Below are positions 8,756-19,349 of a DNA stretch of 31,187 nt, piece by piece; the first letter of the stretch is position 1; each line of letters begins with the position of its first letter. Made by a program: the position numbers and the translations under genes. The notes under the pieces are model-generated. The model saw nothing but the letters and a program-made list of their open reading frames with translations. It was not told the origin of the DNA and ran no database searches. Origin of the DNA: Octopus sinensis (taxonomy: Eukaryota). The stretch is from NCBI RefSeq assembly GCF_006345805.1, contig NW_021832479.1, forward strand, positions 1 through 31,187. Direction: 5' to 3'.

Positions 8756-9208
8756 TATTTTTATTATTATTATGATTAGATCACTGGATTAGCGGAATCG
8801 TAAAAGTTTTGAAAAAAAAAAAAAAAAAAAGGACAAGAATATTTGCTTTGCGATAAACTCTGAGGTGGGCCTTTTCACATTCCAGTTTCAAACCCCACCA
8901 GACTCTAACTTTGCACTTGAAACCTTCCTTTCCTTCCTTCTGATACAAAGGTCGACACATTGTTGTACCAGTCATATACTGGGGAAAAAGGGTATCCACT
9001 TAATCGACTTTCATCCCTACCCCACCGTCTTTTTCACCCTCCTCCCTACTCACTCCCTCTCCCTGGGGCCCCTGTGCCTGTAATATAGAGCTTTTTAACA
9101 TTCTTCTTATTATATGCATTATCATTTTCATTAACATTCTATTGATTTTATTTTCATTATTATCATTATTTTTATCATTATCATTGTTTATTATTATAAT
9201 AATTATTA

Positions 9209-9254
<46 letters not shown>

Positions 9255-9645
9255 AAGATTATATCTGATAGGGATGTTTATACTAACAAAGATACAAATA
9301 AGATGAAAATAATAATAATGATAACGATAATGATGTTTTTTTTTGTTGTTTTTTTTTTCAGAAATCGATGAACACTGCAATTATATAATGAAATAAATAT
9401 ATATATATATATAAATTTATATGTATGTATATAACAATATAACGTATCTGTAATAATATATATATAAATAAATATATAAATACATGTAAAGAAATATATA
9501 TATATATATAAATATATATGCATATATATATATACATATATATATATATTTATATGTATACATATATATATATTTCTGACCTACAATATACTAACAATAT
9601 GAATAACCATGACGTTAATAATGCTAATTATTATTATTATTATTA

Positions 9646-9683
<38 letters not shown>

Positions 9684-9870
9684 AAGCTGATTATATTGAT
9701 AATAAAACAAAACCAGACGAAGAAAGAAAGAAAAAAAAGGAAAATAATTCCATTCTTTAAATTGATGCAACACAAATATTTACTAATTGTTTGTTTACTT
9801 TTAGCAGCTTTGCTGTTGTTGTTTTTGTTGTTGTTATTGTTACTCAGTGTCTAAGATATTCACTAATGAC

Positions 9871-10182
9871 ATTGTTTGTTCCATCTTGAGCCATACCCGG
9901 CTCATGAGGGCCGGTTTCCCGGGGTCCTTGGCGTATAGGTTCCCCCACCTGGATGGGACGCCGGTCCATCACAGGTAAGCTGCAAGATGCAGGAGGAAAG
10001 AAGGAAAGAGTGAGAGAAAGTTGTGGTGAAAGAGTCAGCAGAAGTTCGCCATTACCTTCTGCCGGAGCCGCGTGGAGCTTAGGTGTTTCGCTCATAAACA
10101 CACACATCACCTGGTCTGAGATTCGAACCCGTGATCCCTCAACCGCGAGTCTGCTGCTCTAACCACTAGGCCATGTGCCTCC
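9871..10182 (-). mobile_element. tRNA-derived SINE family D
   Basis: Reverse strand: ggaggcacaTGGCCTAGTGG...GGTTCGAATC...cctgtgatggaccggcgtcccatccagg...ccgggaaaccggcc. Colinear with 2679-2985. Confidence 0.85.
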
Positions 10183-10204
10183 ACATGATATAGGTATATA
10201 TAAA

Positions 10205-11250
10205 TGTATCAATGAAATCGAGCACATCAATAATTTTCTACATATCTTTGGAAGGTGTGTTTCCAACGAGGGTGATGCAGAAATCAAAGTCGGGACCAGG
10301 TTAGGTAAAGCAATGCCAGTATTCCAGTGCCCTTCACCCAATATGAAGATCGAAGACCATCAGTAAGAACATAAAGTAGCCATTGCTTTACCATCAGCCA
10401 TCTGCCATGAAACCTGGAAGGAGGCAGCAAAGATCTCTTAATTGCTGGATGTATTCCATCAACACTGTCTCTGGTTCAATCCCAGGCATCCCTTACTGGG
10501 ATGGAGTGAGAAATGAAGAGATGAGCTGGCATGGAAAGTTTGCAGGATCTGGTGACCAGGCGGCAGATACAGTTTACTGGCCATGTGCTTCGCTAACTGC
10601 AGGAGAGAAATGGTACCATTGTGATGGAATGGATGCTGGAAGATGTGGAAGATGAAGGAAGATGCGGCACTGTATGTTCCGGGATGATATGATAGCAATA
10701 GAAGTTGGTCCAACTAGAGTTAAGAAGGGTGGCGAGCTGGCTGAATCGTTAGCACGCCAGGCGAAATGCTTAGCAGTATTTCGTCTGCCATTACATTCTG
10801 AGTTCAAATTCCGCTGAGGTTGACTTTGCCTTTCATCCTTTCAGGGTCAATAAATTAAGTACTAGTTACACACTGGGGTTGATGTAATCAACTTAATCCA
10901 TTTGCCTGTCCTTGTTTGTCCCCTCTATGTTTAGCTCCTTGCGGGCAATAAAGAAATAAGAAACGAGAAGAAATTGGAGAAGGCTTGGTGCCTGTTTTGC
11001 TAACAGCACTGGAGGGTCTAAGAACTAAGATGGAATAGAGCCACCACTCCTATGACCACCACCACAGACATGCTACCATCTTGGTGGAATGGCACTGGAG
11101 ACCGAGGGGGAAGATGTGGCACACTAGGTTCTGGAATGACAGGATATCATTGGAAGTTGACCCAAGGGGAGCCAGGAGGAAAGTGATCAATCAGGATGTC
11201 TGGAGAAAGTTCATTGCCCATTGTGCTGGCAGCACTGGAGGATCTAAGAC
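10205..11250 (+). mobile_element. Degenerate RTE-clade LINE 3' fragments (two tandem 3' ends), interrupted by a SINE
   Basis: EIEHINNF..FG..VSNEGDAEIKVGTRLGKA..F...HQHCL..I.GIPYWDGVRNEE. C-terminal ends ..STGGSK near 11010-11025 and NQDVWRKFIAHCAGSTGGSK at about 11190-11250. Confidence 0.65.
10724..10963 (+). mobile_element. SINE family B (aaagaaata-tailed subtype)
   Basis: Closely matches 454-686, including the 3' part cttaatcc..tttgtc..ctctatgtttagc..aaagaaat. Confidence 0.9.
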
Positions 11251-12036
11251 ATATATATATATATTACTTTTACATATATATATTACTTTACAGATTTCTG
11301 TAGAATATGGAGTCAGCACTGGAAGTCATGACATTTCATATACAAATATGTCTATGTAAACAATGTGATCGAAGGCAGAAAAATATTGGGTGTATATACA
11401 TATTTCAGGAGTATTTGCTCTTTCATCAGTACCACATCCAACCCATTACCCATCTACGGACACATTCCTTAAATAGTTACAAAGTTTAGCAGGTCAATTT
11501 ACATATTAAACACATTCCTGGCAACTGGTACATACATAGTACTTGCAGGGAGGGTAGGGGGCACACTCTTTCGTTTTGCAACTATAATATGCTACCAAGT
11601 ATACTAAAGGTTTTTATAAGTCAATATTGTGTCCAATTTTATGTTAGCAGTGCAATTCAATCACTTTTTAGTTATCTCTACAGGTTTTCTATAGAAATTA
11701 GAGCCAGCAATGAAAGTTACGACATTTCCTACATGAATGTATCTATGTGAACTATGTGATCAAAGATAGAGAAAATAGGTAATAGGTGTATATGCATATT
11801 TCGGGAATTATTACTCCTTCATCAGCACCACACTAAGTCCCATTAAGTATAGTAGTATATTATGGTTGCAAAAGGAAATATAATGTCCCTACCATCTATC
11901 TATCTATCTGGCTAGCTGGCTTCCTTCCTTCCTTCCCACCCACAAACACAACTACATGAGCCACCAAAGGGTTGTAAGTGGTACTGGTTGACAGAAACTG
12001 AAGGAAACCCATCATGTATATATGTATTTATCCACA

Positions 12037-12260
12037 TATGAGGTGGTGCTGAAAAGCTCTTGGTTTTAAAGGGTGTTGCAAAAGGCCTGGTTGGAGGCCA
12101 AATCTTCCAAGTTCTTTTACAGGGCTTAGAAAAACTGAAGGATAGCTGCAATGAGTATGTGAATCTGAGAGGGGAACATGTTGAATAAAACCATAATTAA
12201 CTGATCCTTCTGTGATTTCTTTCACCCAAAGCTAGGAACTTCCCAGCACTTGCTCATGTA
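12037..12260 (+). mobile_element. Non-autonomous mariner derivative
   Basis: Imperfect TIRs gaggtggtgctgaaaagctcttgg / aaagctaggaacttcccagcac. The interior encodes a mariner C-terminus-like FY..GLEKLKD.CNEYVNLRGEHVE*. Confidence 0.6.
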
Positions 12261-12581
12261 TATATTGCTGGTGTTATGAGAATACATGGACGTTGAGAGA
12301 ACATGAATTGGTTATCTATTTCAATGGTGGATCTCAGAGCAGATGTAATGAAGCTATAAGTAATTGTATGCAAATATTGAGTTAAAATGTTTACACAATA
12401 GGAGTGACTGTGTGGTAAGTAGCTTGCTTACCAGCCACATGGTTCCGGGTTCAGTCCCACTGCGTGGCACCTTGAGCAAGCGTCTTCTTCTATAACCTCG
12501 GGCCGACCAATGCCTTGTGAGTGGATTTGGTAGATGGAAACTGAAAGAAGCCTGTCGTTTATATGTATATATATATATATG

Positions 12582-12865
12582 TAGGTCCCGGGTTGAGTCG
12601 GGGTTAACCACAGTAAATAAGGTACTCAATACATAGCAGAGTAAATTAATTTATTTTATAGAAGGAGCTTCTACAGGACTAGAACTGTTTCATTCAAATG
12701 AAATCATCAGGAAGCTGGCTGTCAAAATAAGGTCTGGTATTTATACATTTAGACAGATTAAATCTGCCTAAATGTATAAATACCAGACCTTATTTTGACA
12801 GCCAGCTTCCTGATGATTTCATTTGAATGAAACAGTTCTAGTCCTGTAGAAGCTCCTTCTATAAA

Positions 12866-12868
<3 letters not shown>
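12582..12868. mobile_element. Fold-back PLE-type terminus; near-perfect palindrome 12652-12868
   Basis: Arms 12652-12759 and 12761-12868 (108 bp each), 1-nt centre, one mismatch (12753/12767). (TA)n on both sides. Each arm carries a hammerhead motif. Confidence 0.85.
12804..12854 (+). ncRNA. Type I hammerhead motif, predicted cleavage GUA after 12848 (mirror copy on minus strand 12666-12716)
   Basis: Stem I AGCUUC/GAAGCU. Core CUGAUGA 12810-12816. Stem II UUC-AUUU-GAA closed by U.U at 10.1/11.1. GAAA 12829-12832. Stem III ACAG/CUGU. Confidence 0.75.
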
Positions 12869-12913
<45 letters not shown>

Positions 12914-13274
12914 CGTATGTGTGTGTATATGTTTGTGTGTTTGTCCCCCTAGCATTGCTTGACAACCAATGCTGGTGTGTTTACGTCCCCGTCACTTAGG
13001 GGTTCGGCAAAAAGAGACCGATAGAATAAGTACTGAGCTTACAAAGAATAAGTCCCGGGCTCGATTTGCTCGACTAAAGGTGGTGCTCCAGCATGGCCGC
13101 AGTCACATGACTAAAACAAGTAAAAGAGTAAGAGTACAATATTTATTTACTATTTATAGCTCTATGTACTTCAAGATTTGTTGTCCCCTGCTCCCCCCTC
13201 CCACCAAAGAATTATTTCAAATTCCCCTGGAGGTTTATAAAATTCTTATGCTTTCAATAACATACCATTCTCTT

Positions 13275-13674
13275 TCTCTTTTTTACTTGTTTCAGTCATT
13301 TGACTGCGGCCATGCTGGAGCACCGCCTTCGGTCAAGCAAATCGACCCCAGGACTTATTCTTTGTAAGCCCAGTACTCATTCTATCGGTCTCTTTTGCCG
13401 AACCGCTAAGTTACGGGGACGTAAACACACAAGCATCGGTTGTCAAGCAATGCTAGGGGGACAAACACAAACACACACACATACACATATATATATATAT
13501 ATACATATATACGACGGGCTTCTTTCAGTTTCTGTCTACCAAATCCATTCACAAGGCTTTGGTCGGCCCAAGGCTATAGTAGAAGACACTTGCCCAAGGT
13601 GTCAGGCAGTGGGACTGAACCCGGGACCATGTGGTCGGTTAGCAAGCTACTTACCACACAGCCACTCCTGCGCC
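13275..13674 (-). mobile_element. SINE family A, full length
   Basis: Reverse complement of the head aggcgcaggagtggctgtgtggtaag through the tail gaaacaagtaaaaaagag. Confidence 0.9.
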
Positions 13675-13944
13675 TATATTCTATTTGGTAAGAATAAAGT
13701 TTCTTAAATGGATACAAACTTTCGAAGAATTGCTCTGGTACAATGGTAGAACTGCAGTCATACTTACAGGAGCTGTGGGTTTGTGTCCCATGGACAACTA
13801 TCAACTTTTTTTTTTCAATCCAAAGGATTTTTTGTAATTCAATATTTTACAAGTAATTATTTATAACTTTATCTGCTTCGAGATTCACTGTTCCAAAAAG
13901 CAAAAAAAGAATTATGTATGTGGTTGTGTGGTAAGAAGCTATGG

Positions 13945-14410
13945 CGCATGCGTGACTGTGTGGTTAGAAGCTTGCTTCCCAATCACATGGTCCAGGGTTC
14001 AATCCCACTGCGTGCACCTTTGTCAAGTGTCTTCTACTATGACCAGACCCTTGTGAGTGGATTTGGTAGGTGGGACCCGAAATAAGCCCATCACACACAC
14101 ACGTGAGTTCGATTCTTGGACCAGGCTCTGTATCGTGTTCTTGAGCAAGACACTTTATTTCACATTACTCCAGTGTGTGTGTGTATGTATCTGTGTATAT
14201 GTTTTTGTGTCTGTATTTGTCTCCCACCACCGCTTGATAACTGGTGCTGGTGTGTTTGCATCCCTGTAACTTAGTGGTTCAGCAAAAGAGACTGATAGAG
14301 TAAGTACCAGTACTATTAAAAAATGAGTACTGGGGTTGAACATTCGATTAAAATTTTATGGCAGTGCCCCCTACATGGCCGCAGTCAAATGACTGGAAGA
14401 AGTAAAAGAA
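13945..14410 (+). mobile_element. SINE family A (diverged) with an internal family-C fragment (~14103-14172)
   Basis: Family-A head and tail. Internal gtgagttcgattcttggaccaggc..cttgagcaagacactttatttcac matches 14850-14915. Confidence 0.7.
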
Positions 14411-14439
14411 AGAATTCTTATTCATTCGTCACTCATTGT

Positions 14440-14600
14440 CATCGTCATCATCATCGTTTAACGTCCGCTTTCCATGCTGGCATGGGTTGGACGATTTGAC
14501 TGAGGACTGGCGAACCAGATGGCTGCACCAAGCTCCAATTTTGATCTGGCAGAGTTTCTACAGCTGGGTGCCCTTCCTAATGCTAACCACTCTGAGAGTG
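14440..14600 (-). mobile_element. Retroposon 3' end with (GAT)n tail (RTE-associated type)
   Basis: Minus strand: ttaggaagggcacccagctgtagaaactctgccagatc...catgccagcatggaaagcggacgttaaacgatgatgatga. Confidence 0.6.
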
Positions 14601-14661
14601 CAATTCTAAATTTCAAAGATGAAGAATTTATATCATCTTCAATGTTTTGTGCTGATGCTTT

Positions 14662-14703
14662 CACTACGTTTCAGGTGTCGTATGCTCCTACCTTCTTCAG
14701 GTG
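14662..14703 (-). ncRNA. Minimal type I hammerhead (palindromic ACGU stem III), preceded by a tRNA-like head (14732-14793)
   Basis: Minus strand: CAC CUGAAGA AGGU-aggagcauacgac-ACCU GAAA CG UA GUG. Upstream B-box-like GTTCAATTTC and A-box-like TAACGTATGG. Confidence 0.7.
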
Positions 14704-14803
14704 TCTTGTTGTTCACCTTAGTGCCTCGCCTGAAATTGAACTCACAACCTCTAGGTGATTGCACTGCATTTCAACACCCTTATCCATACGTTATGCCTGT
14801 GTG

Positions 14804-15142
14804 AAGGCACATGGCTCAGTGGGTAAAGCAACGAGCTCACAATCATAAGATAGTGAGTTCGATTCCTGGACCAGGCTGTGTGCTGTATTCTTGAACAAGA
14901 CTCTTTATTTCACCTTGCTCCAGTTCACTCAGCTGTAGAAATGAGTTGTGACGTCACAGGTGCCAAGCTGTATTGGCCCCTTTGCCTTTCCCTTGGATAA
15001 CATCAGTGGTGTGGAGAGGAGGAGGCTGGTATGCATCGGCAACTGCTGGTCTTCCATAAATATCCTTGCCTAGACTTGTGACTTGGAGGGGAACTTTCTA
15101 GGTACATTACTATAATTATTCATGACTGAAGTGGGTCTTTAC
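14804..15142 (+). mobile_element. tRNA-derived SINE family C (CORE-like central segment)
   Basis: A box TGGCTCAGTGG, B box GTTCGATTCC, then ttgaacaagactctttatttcac..cagttcactcagctgtagaaatgag; tail ccctttacc. Confidence 0.7.
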
Positions 15143-15452
15143 CCTTTACCCATAGTTAGGGTCTGAGTGAATTTTTAAGGCTAACGAATCTCCATTGATG
15201 TCTTAGGTCTGCTCCATGTTGGTCAGTGAATCAGCCGATCATTTTAAATGGGTGAGACTAAGCCGTGACTCATACTTGGTGATTCAGTTTCGAATCTGCT
15301 ACAGGACAGAAACTTGGATAATGTTCTGAGGAATGGAAAAGAAGTTAGATGTGGATCATTCGCAGATCGGTCAGAAATGCAGCGGTACTAGCAAAACCGA
15401 AAATCCAAAGACACCTGGAGCGTTGTTGTAACAAAGATTTGGTGTTAGTTTA

Positions 15453-15990
15453 TATATTGGGTTGTCTGGAAAGTTCGTACCGATTTTTAAAGGAAAGAAA
15501 AAGTTCAATAAATACTTATCAACCAAATATGAACCATTTTGTTGCACAATGCGTCTCCATCTTTCCTTTAACTTGAAAATACCCTATTCCCAGAATTGAG
15601 GTGCTTTCATGGCAAAGAATTCATCAAGGTATCTTTTTACGTCATCCAGGAATTGAAATTTTTACCATTAAGACTATTCTGCAGAGACCTGAATAAGTGG
15701 AAATCCGAAGGAGCAATATCTGGTGAATATGGAGGGTGGGGTTAGCCAAGTTGCAGCAATTTTTGTCTGGTTTCCAAATCATCAAGTGCCGAAAATGAAC
15801 TTTCTTATCTTCCATTTTAAAGGGTTACAGAATTAACACAGGTTATAGGAACATAAACCTTCTTCCACGAAAAGATAGCTTAAACTGTGCTCTAAATGGA
15901 GGTGTAGTCAAATCCTATTTTATGGACTCAATCATGTTCTAAAATAAGTCGAAAGGTAAGCTACTATAAATCAGCACAAACTTTTACAAG
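15453..15990 (-). mobile_element. Internally deleted mariner element
   Basis: Minus strand: QKLLQLG*PHPPYSPDIAPSDFHLFRSLQNSLNGKNF..DDVKRYLDEFFA.K..FWE*GIFKLKERWRRIVQQNG.Y. TIR-like ends ttgggttgtctggaaagttcgtaccgattt and aaatcagcacaaactttt. Confidence 0.85.
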
Positions 15991-16014
15991 GCTTCATGAA
16001 AATACAGACAGCAT

Positions 16015-16310
16015 CAAGTCTTGTGAGTGGATTTGGTAGATGGAAACTGAAAGAAGCCCGTCATGTATATAGATGTGTGTGTGTGTGTGTGTGTTTCTGT
16101 CTGTGTTTGTCCCCTTCCACTGCTTAACAACTGGTGTTGGTTTGTTTGTGTCCATGTAACTTAGTGGTTCAGCAACAGACAACAATAGGATAAGTAGCAG
16201 GCCTTTGAAAAAATGTACTGGGGTCGATTCATTTCACTAAAAGTTCTTCGAGTCAGTGCCCCAACATGGCCACAGCCTCATGACTGAAATGGGTAAAAGA
16301 TAAAGGATAC
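16015..16310 (+). mobile_element. SINE family A, 5'-truncated
   Basis: cttgtgagtggatttggtagatggaaactgaaagaagcccgtc...cagtgccccaacatggccacagc. Confidence 0.75.
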
Positions 16311-16683
16311 ACACACACATATCATTCACTCACCACCATGGGTGAAAATATTCTCAAGGTCACCGTCCACTTCTATATATTGTAACGGACCTCTACTCAG
16401 CTACATTCTCTTTACTCTTTTACTTGTTTCAGCCATTTGATTGTGGCCATGCTGGAGCACCGCCTTTATGAACATCGTGTTTGACAGTTACTGGAGGTTT
16501 TCATCAGATAACTGATGATCAGGTTGATCCTTCACCTCGCTGCAGGAACGTTTGGCTGCGTTGAGTCTTCATCCATCTCTGATTTGGTTATAGAGTTTCT
16601 TGTAATACATACCAATATGTATTATCTAAAGTAAATTTTTCTCAGGGTCCCATAAAATACTATTGTGGGTCCCTAATTTTTAT

Positions 16684-17376
16684 GGTACTACTAGCGAACA
16701 GTGGTCCCGGTGCGCGTACTCGCGCATCCGCGCCTGCTAGTCATGACTAGTCAATCCTTACTTTGTGTTTTTGTGTCTCTCTCTTTTTTTACTCTTTTAC
16801 TTGTTTCAGTCATTTGACTGCGGCCATGCTGGAGCACCGCCTTTAATCGAGCAACTCGACTCCGGGACTTATTCTTTTGTAATCCCAGTACTTATTCTAT
16901 CGGTCTCTTTTGCCGAACCGCTAAGTAACGGAGACATAAACACACCAGCATCGCTTGTCAAGCAATGCTAGAGGGACAAACACATACACACACACACATA
17001 TATATATATATATACATATATACGACAGGCTTCTTTCAGTTTCCGTCTACCAAATCCACTCACAAGGCATTGGTCGACCCAGGGCTATAGCAGAAGACAC
17101 TTGCCCAAGATGCCACGCAGTGGGACTGAACCCGGAACCATGTGGTTGGTTAGGAAGCTACTCACCACACAGCCACTCCTGCGCCTTTTGCTTAAAAAAT
17201 GATGTACTTTTTGTTTTTGTGTTGTATTTTACTTTGTTTAACAAAAATTATTAGAAAATTATTTATTTTGTGTTTTATTTAGTTTGATAGGTAGTCGTTG
17301 TAGGATCGACTAGTCACGACTAGCAAGCACGACTGCGCGTGTGCGTGCACAGGGACCAATGTTCGCTAGTAGTACC
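16684..17376. mobile_element. MITE with 75-bp TIRs (superfamily unassigned), carrying a SINE insertion
   Basis: TIRs 16684-16758 (ggtactactagcgaacagtggtccc..ctagtcaatcct) and 17302-17376 are colinear inverted copies, roughly 80% identical by eye. Confidence 0.75.
16785..17185 (-). mobile_element. SINE family A, full length, nested in the MITE
   Basis: Near-identical to the 13275-13674 copy. Confidence 0.9.
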
Positions 17377-17379
17377 ATT

Positions 17380-17982
17380 GGATCTTTTCCTTTTGAAGGC
17401 CAGATTTCAACACAATTTCTAGTTAACTAAACACTTTAAAACTTCGTATACTGGTAGAATGTGTCAAAATAAAACATTTTTTTCTCTTGGCTTTCTTGAG
17501 AAAATTGTAATTTGTAAGTTTAACGTAGTTTAATTTTTCGAATTTTAACCAATCCTATGCTCTCTTTTGAGCTAAAATCATTTGCTGCGTCTAAAACTGA
17601 GACAACATCCTGTCACTAACCCTAACACTAACCCTAAATTTTTTTTTTTCTTAATTGTTACGCGTGTAAAAAATCTAAAGCAATGGAATTAGATTAATTT
17701 AACAATTAAGAAAAAAAAATTAGGGTTAGGGTTAGGGTTAGTTACAGGATGTCTCAGTTTTAGATGCAAAAAATGATTTTAGTTGAATGGAGGTAATCGA
17801 TTGGTTAAAATTACCGAAATGCTCAGATTTTCAGACGAAATATCTTACAAACTATAGAATTTTCTCAATAAAGCCAAGAGAAAATGATGTTTTATAAACA
17901 CATTCTACCAGTATACGAAGGTTAAAAGTGTTTAGTTTACTAGAAATTGTGTTGACATCTGCCGTTCAAAAGGAAAAGATCC
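17380..17982. mobile_element. Fold-back non-autonomous DNA transposon, Merlin-like
   Basis: Termini GGATCTTTTCCTTTTGAA.GC / GCCGTTCAAAAGGAAAAGATCC. 8-bp TSD gtaccatt (17372-17379) / gtaccact (17983-17990). About 280-bp imperfect inverted arms with internal (TTAGGG)3 at 17720-17741. Confidence 0.7.
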
Positions 17983-18364
17983 GTACCACTTATTATTTTG
18001 TTACGTGGACCTCCAAAAATCTTATATGGATCCTCAGAGGCCAAATGGATCCCGGTTCAAAACCACTGACCTAATGCCGTATGCTTCGAAAATATAAATT
18101 CATTAAAATAGTTGAAACCTTAAGCAAGGGACATAACTTGAATAGTTTTAGAGTTACTTCCCTTAGCTAAATGATGGCTGAAAATTAGATTTTTGTTTCG
18201 GTTCTCGGACTCATATGTTCACCTTCTCTTCTGTGCGTGGCGCAGTAACACATACACGCATGAATGTGTTTCATTAAGGACACGGCCATGTTGTTTAAGA
18301 CTGATTATATTTTAGAGTTTCCTTCTTTTTTTTTAGTCCTTAGTTTTTTGTTTTGTTAAATATA

Positions 18365-18811
18365 TTAATAATAATAATAAAACATTGTGTACAGTGCTGA
18401 GGTGCACTACAACTCATCTAAAGTGTATATATAATCAGGTGTAGTTTCGGCGGATTTCGGAAAGCATGAGGGCCTTAAAGGATGCAGTGTCATGGCAGTC
18501 AACAACTGACGCAGGCAGTTTATTCCATGCTTCAGCAACTCTGTGCGTGAAAAAATGTTTCCGAAAGTCATGGGAGCTGTGTTGTTTTCTGACTTTGTAG
18601 GCATGTCCACGTGTGTTAGACACATGGAGATCAAAAAGGTGTTCAGTGTTGTTGTTGGTGAGGTGGTTGATAACTTTGTGGGTGTTTACCAAGTCCGTCG
18701 TTAGACGCCGGAGCTTCAGTGAATCAATGCCCAGGGAAACAAGGCGCTCAGAATATGGTAGGTGTCTGATGGAGAGTATGCGTTTGGTTGCACGTCTCTG
18801 GACAGATTCCA
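18365..18811 (-). mobile_element. 5'-truncated CR1-type LINE 3' end
   Basis: LESVQRRATKRI..IRHLPYSERLVSLGIDSLKLRRL..DL...HKVI...NTRGHAYKVRKQHSSHDFRKHFFTHRVAEAWNKLP; short (TTA)n tail. Confidence 0.88.
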
Positions 18812-19349
18812 GGATCTCTTCGGTTTAACATAATTTCTAGGTAACTAAAAAATGTTAAACTTCGTATACTGGTAGAATGTGTTTATAAAACATCATTTTC
18901 TCTTGGTTTTATTGAGAAAATTCTATAGTTTGTAAGATATTTCCACTTTAAAATCGAGCATTTCGGCAATTTTAACCAATCGATTACCTCCGTTCAACTA
19001 AAATCATTTGCTGCGTCTAAAACTGAGACTACATCTTGTCACTAACCCTAAACCTCACCCTAACCTAAATTTTTTTTTCTTAATTGTTAAATTAATTTAA
19101 CAATTCAGAAAAAAAAAATTAGAGTTAGTTACAGGATGTTGTCTCAGTTTTAGACGCAGCAAATGATTTTAGCTCAATTAGAGGCGATTCATTGGTTAAA
19201 ATTCGAAAACTTAAACTACGTAAAACAAATGAATTACAATTTTATCAAGAAAGCCAAGAGAAAAAAAATGTTTTATTTTGACACATTCTACCAGTATACG
19301 AAGTTTTAAAGTGTTTAGAAATTGTGTGCCGTTCAAAAGGAAAAGATCC
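18812..19349. mobile_element. Second Merlin-like fold-back copy (opposite orientation to 17380-17982)
   Basis: The left arm matches the reverse complement of the right arm of the first copy; ends ccgttcaaaaggaaaagatcc. Confidence 0.75.

Larger units (their letters stand above)
6072..9720 (+). other. Putative long 3' UTR of the IA-2 gene (end uncertain; candidate AATAAA at 9701-9706)
   Basis: Follows the stop codon. U-rich unique stretches between microsatellites. The end point is only a guess from one polyadenylation hexamer. Confidence 0.35.
12400..13136 (+). mobile_element. SINE family A, full length, with a PLE-derived palindrome inserted in its internal (TA)n
   Basis: Head ggagtgactgtgtggtaagtagcttgct..ggttccgggttcagtccc (12400-12570) and 3' half (12870-13136) flank the insert 12582-12868. 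Confidence 0.9.

Noticed and set aside
16470-16620. Short protein-like minus-strand stretch (GMYYKKLYNQIRDG..SDENLQ)
   Set aside because: It contains stops, has no recognisable motif or splice signals, and cannot be assigned without a database search.
17720-17741. (TTAGGG)3 as a telomere or interstitial telomeric fusion site
   Set aside because: It is very short and is mirrored as CCCTAA in the opposite arm of a fold-back transposon, so it is an element-internal motif.
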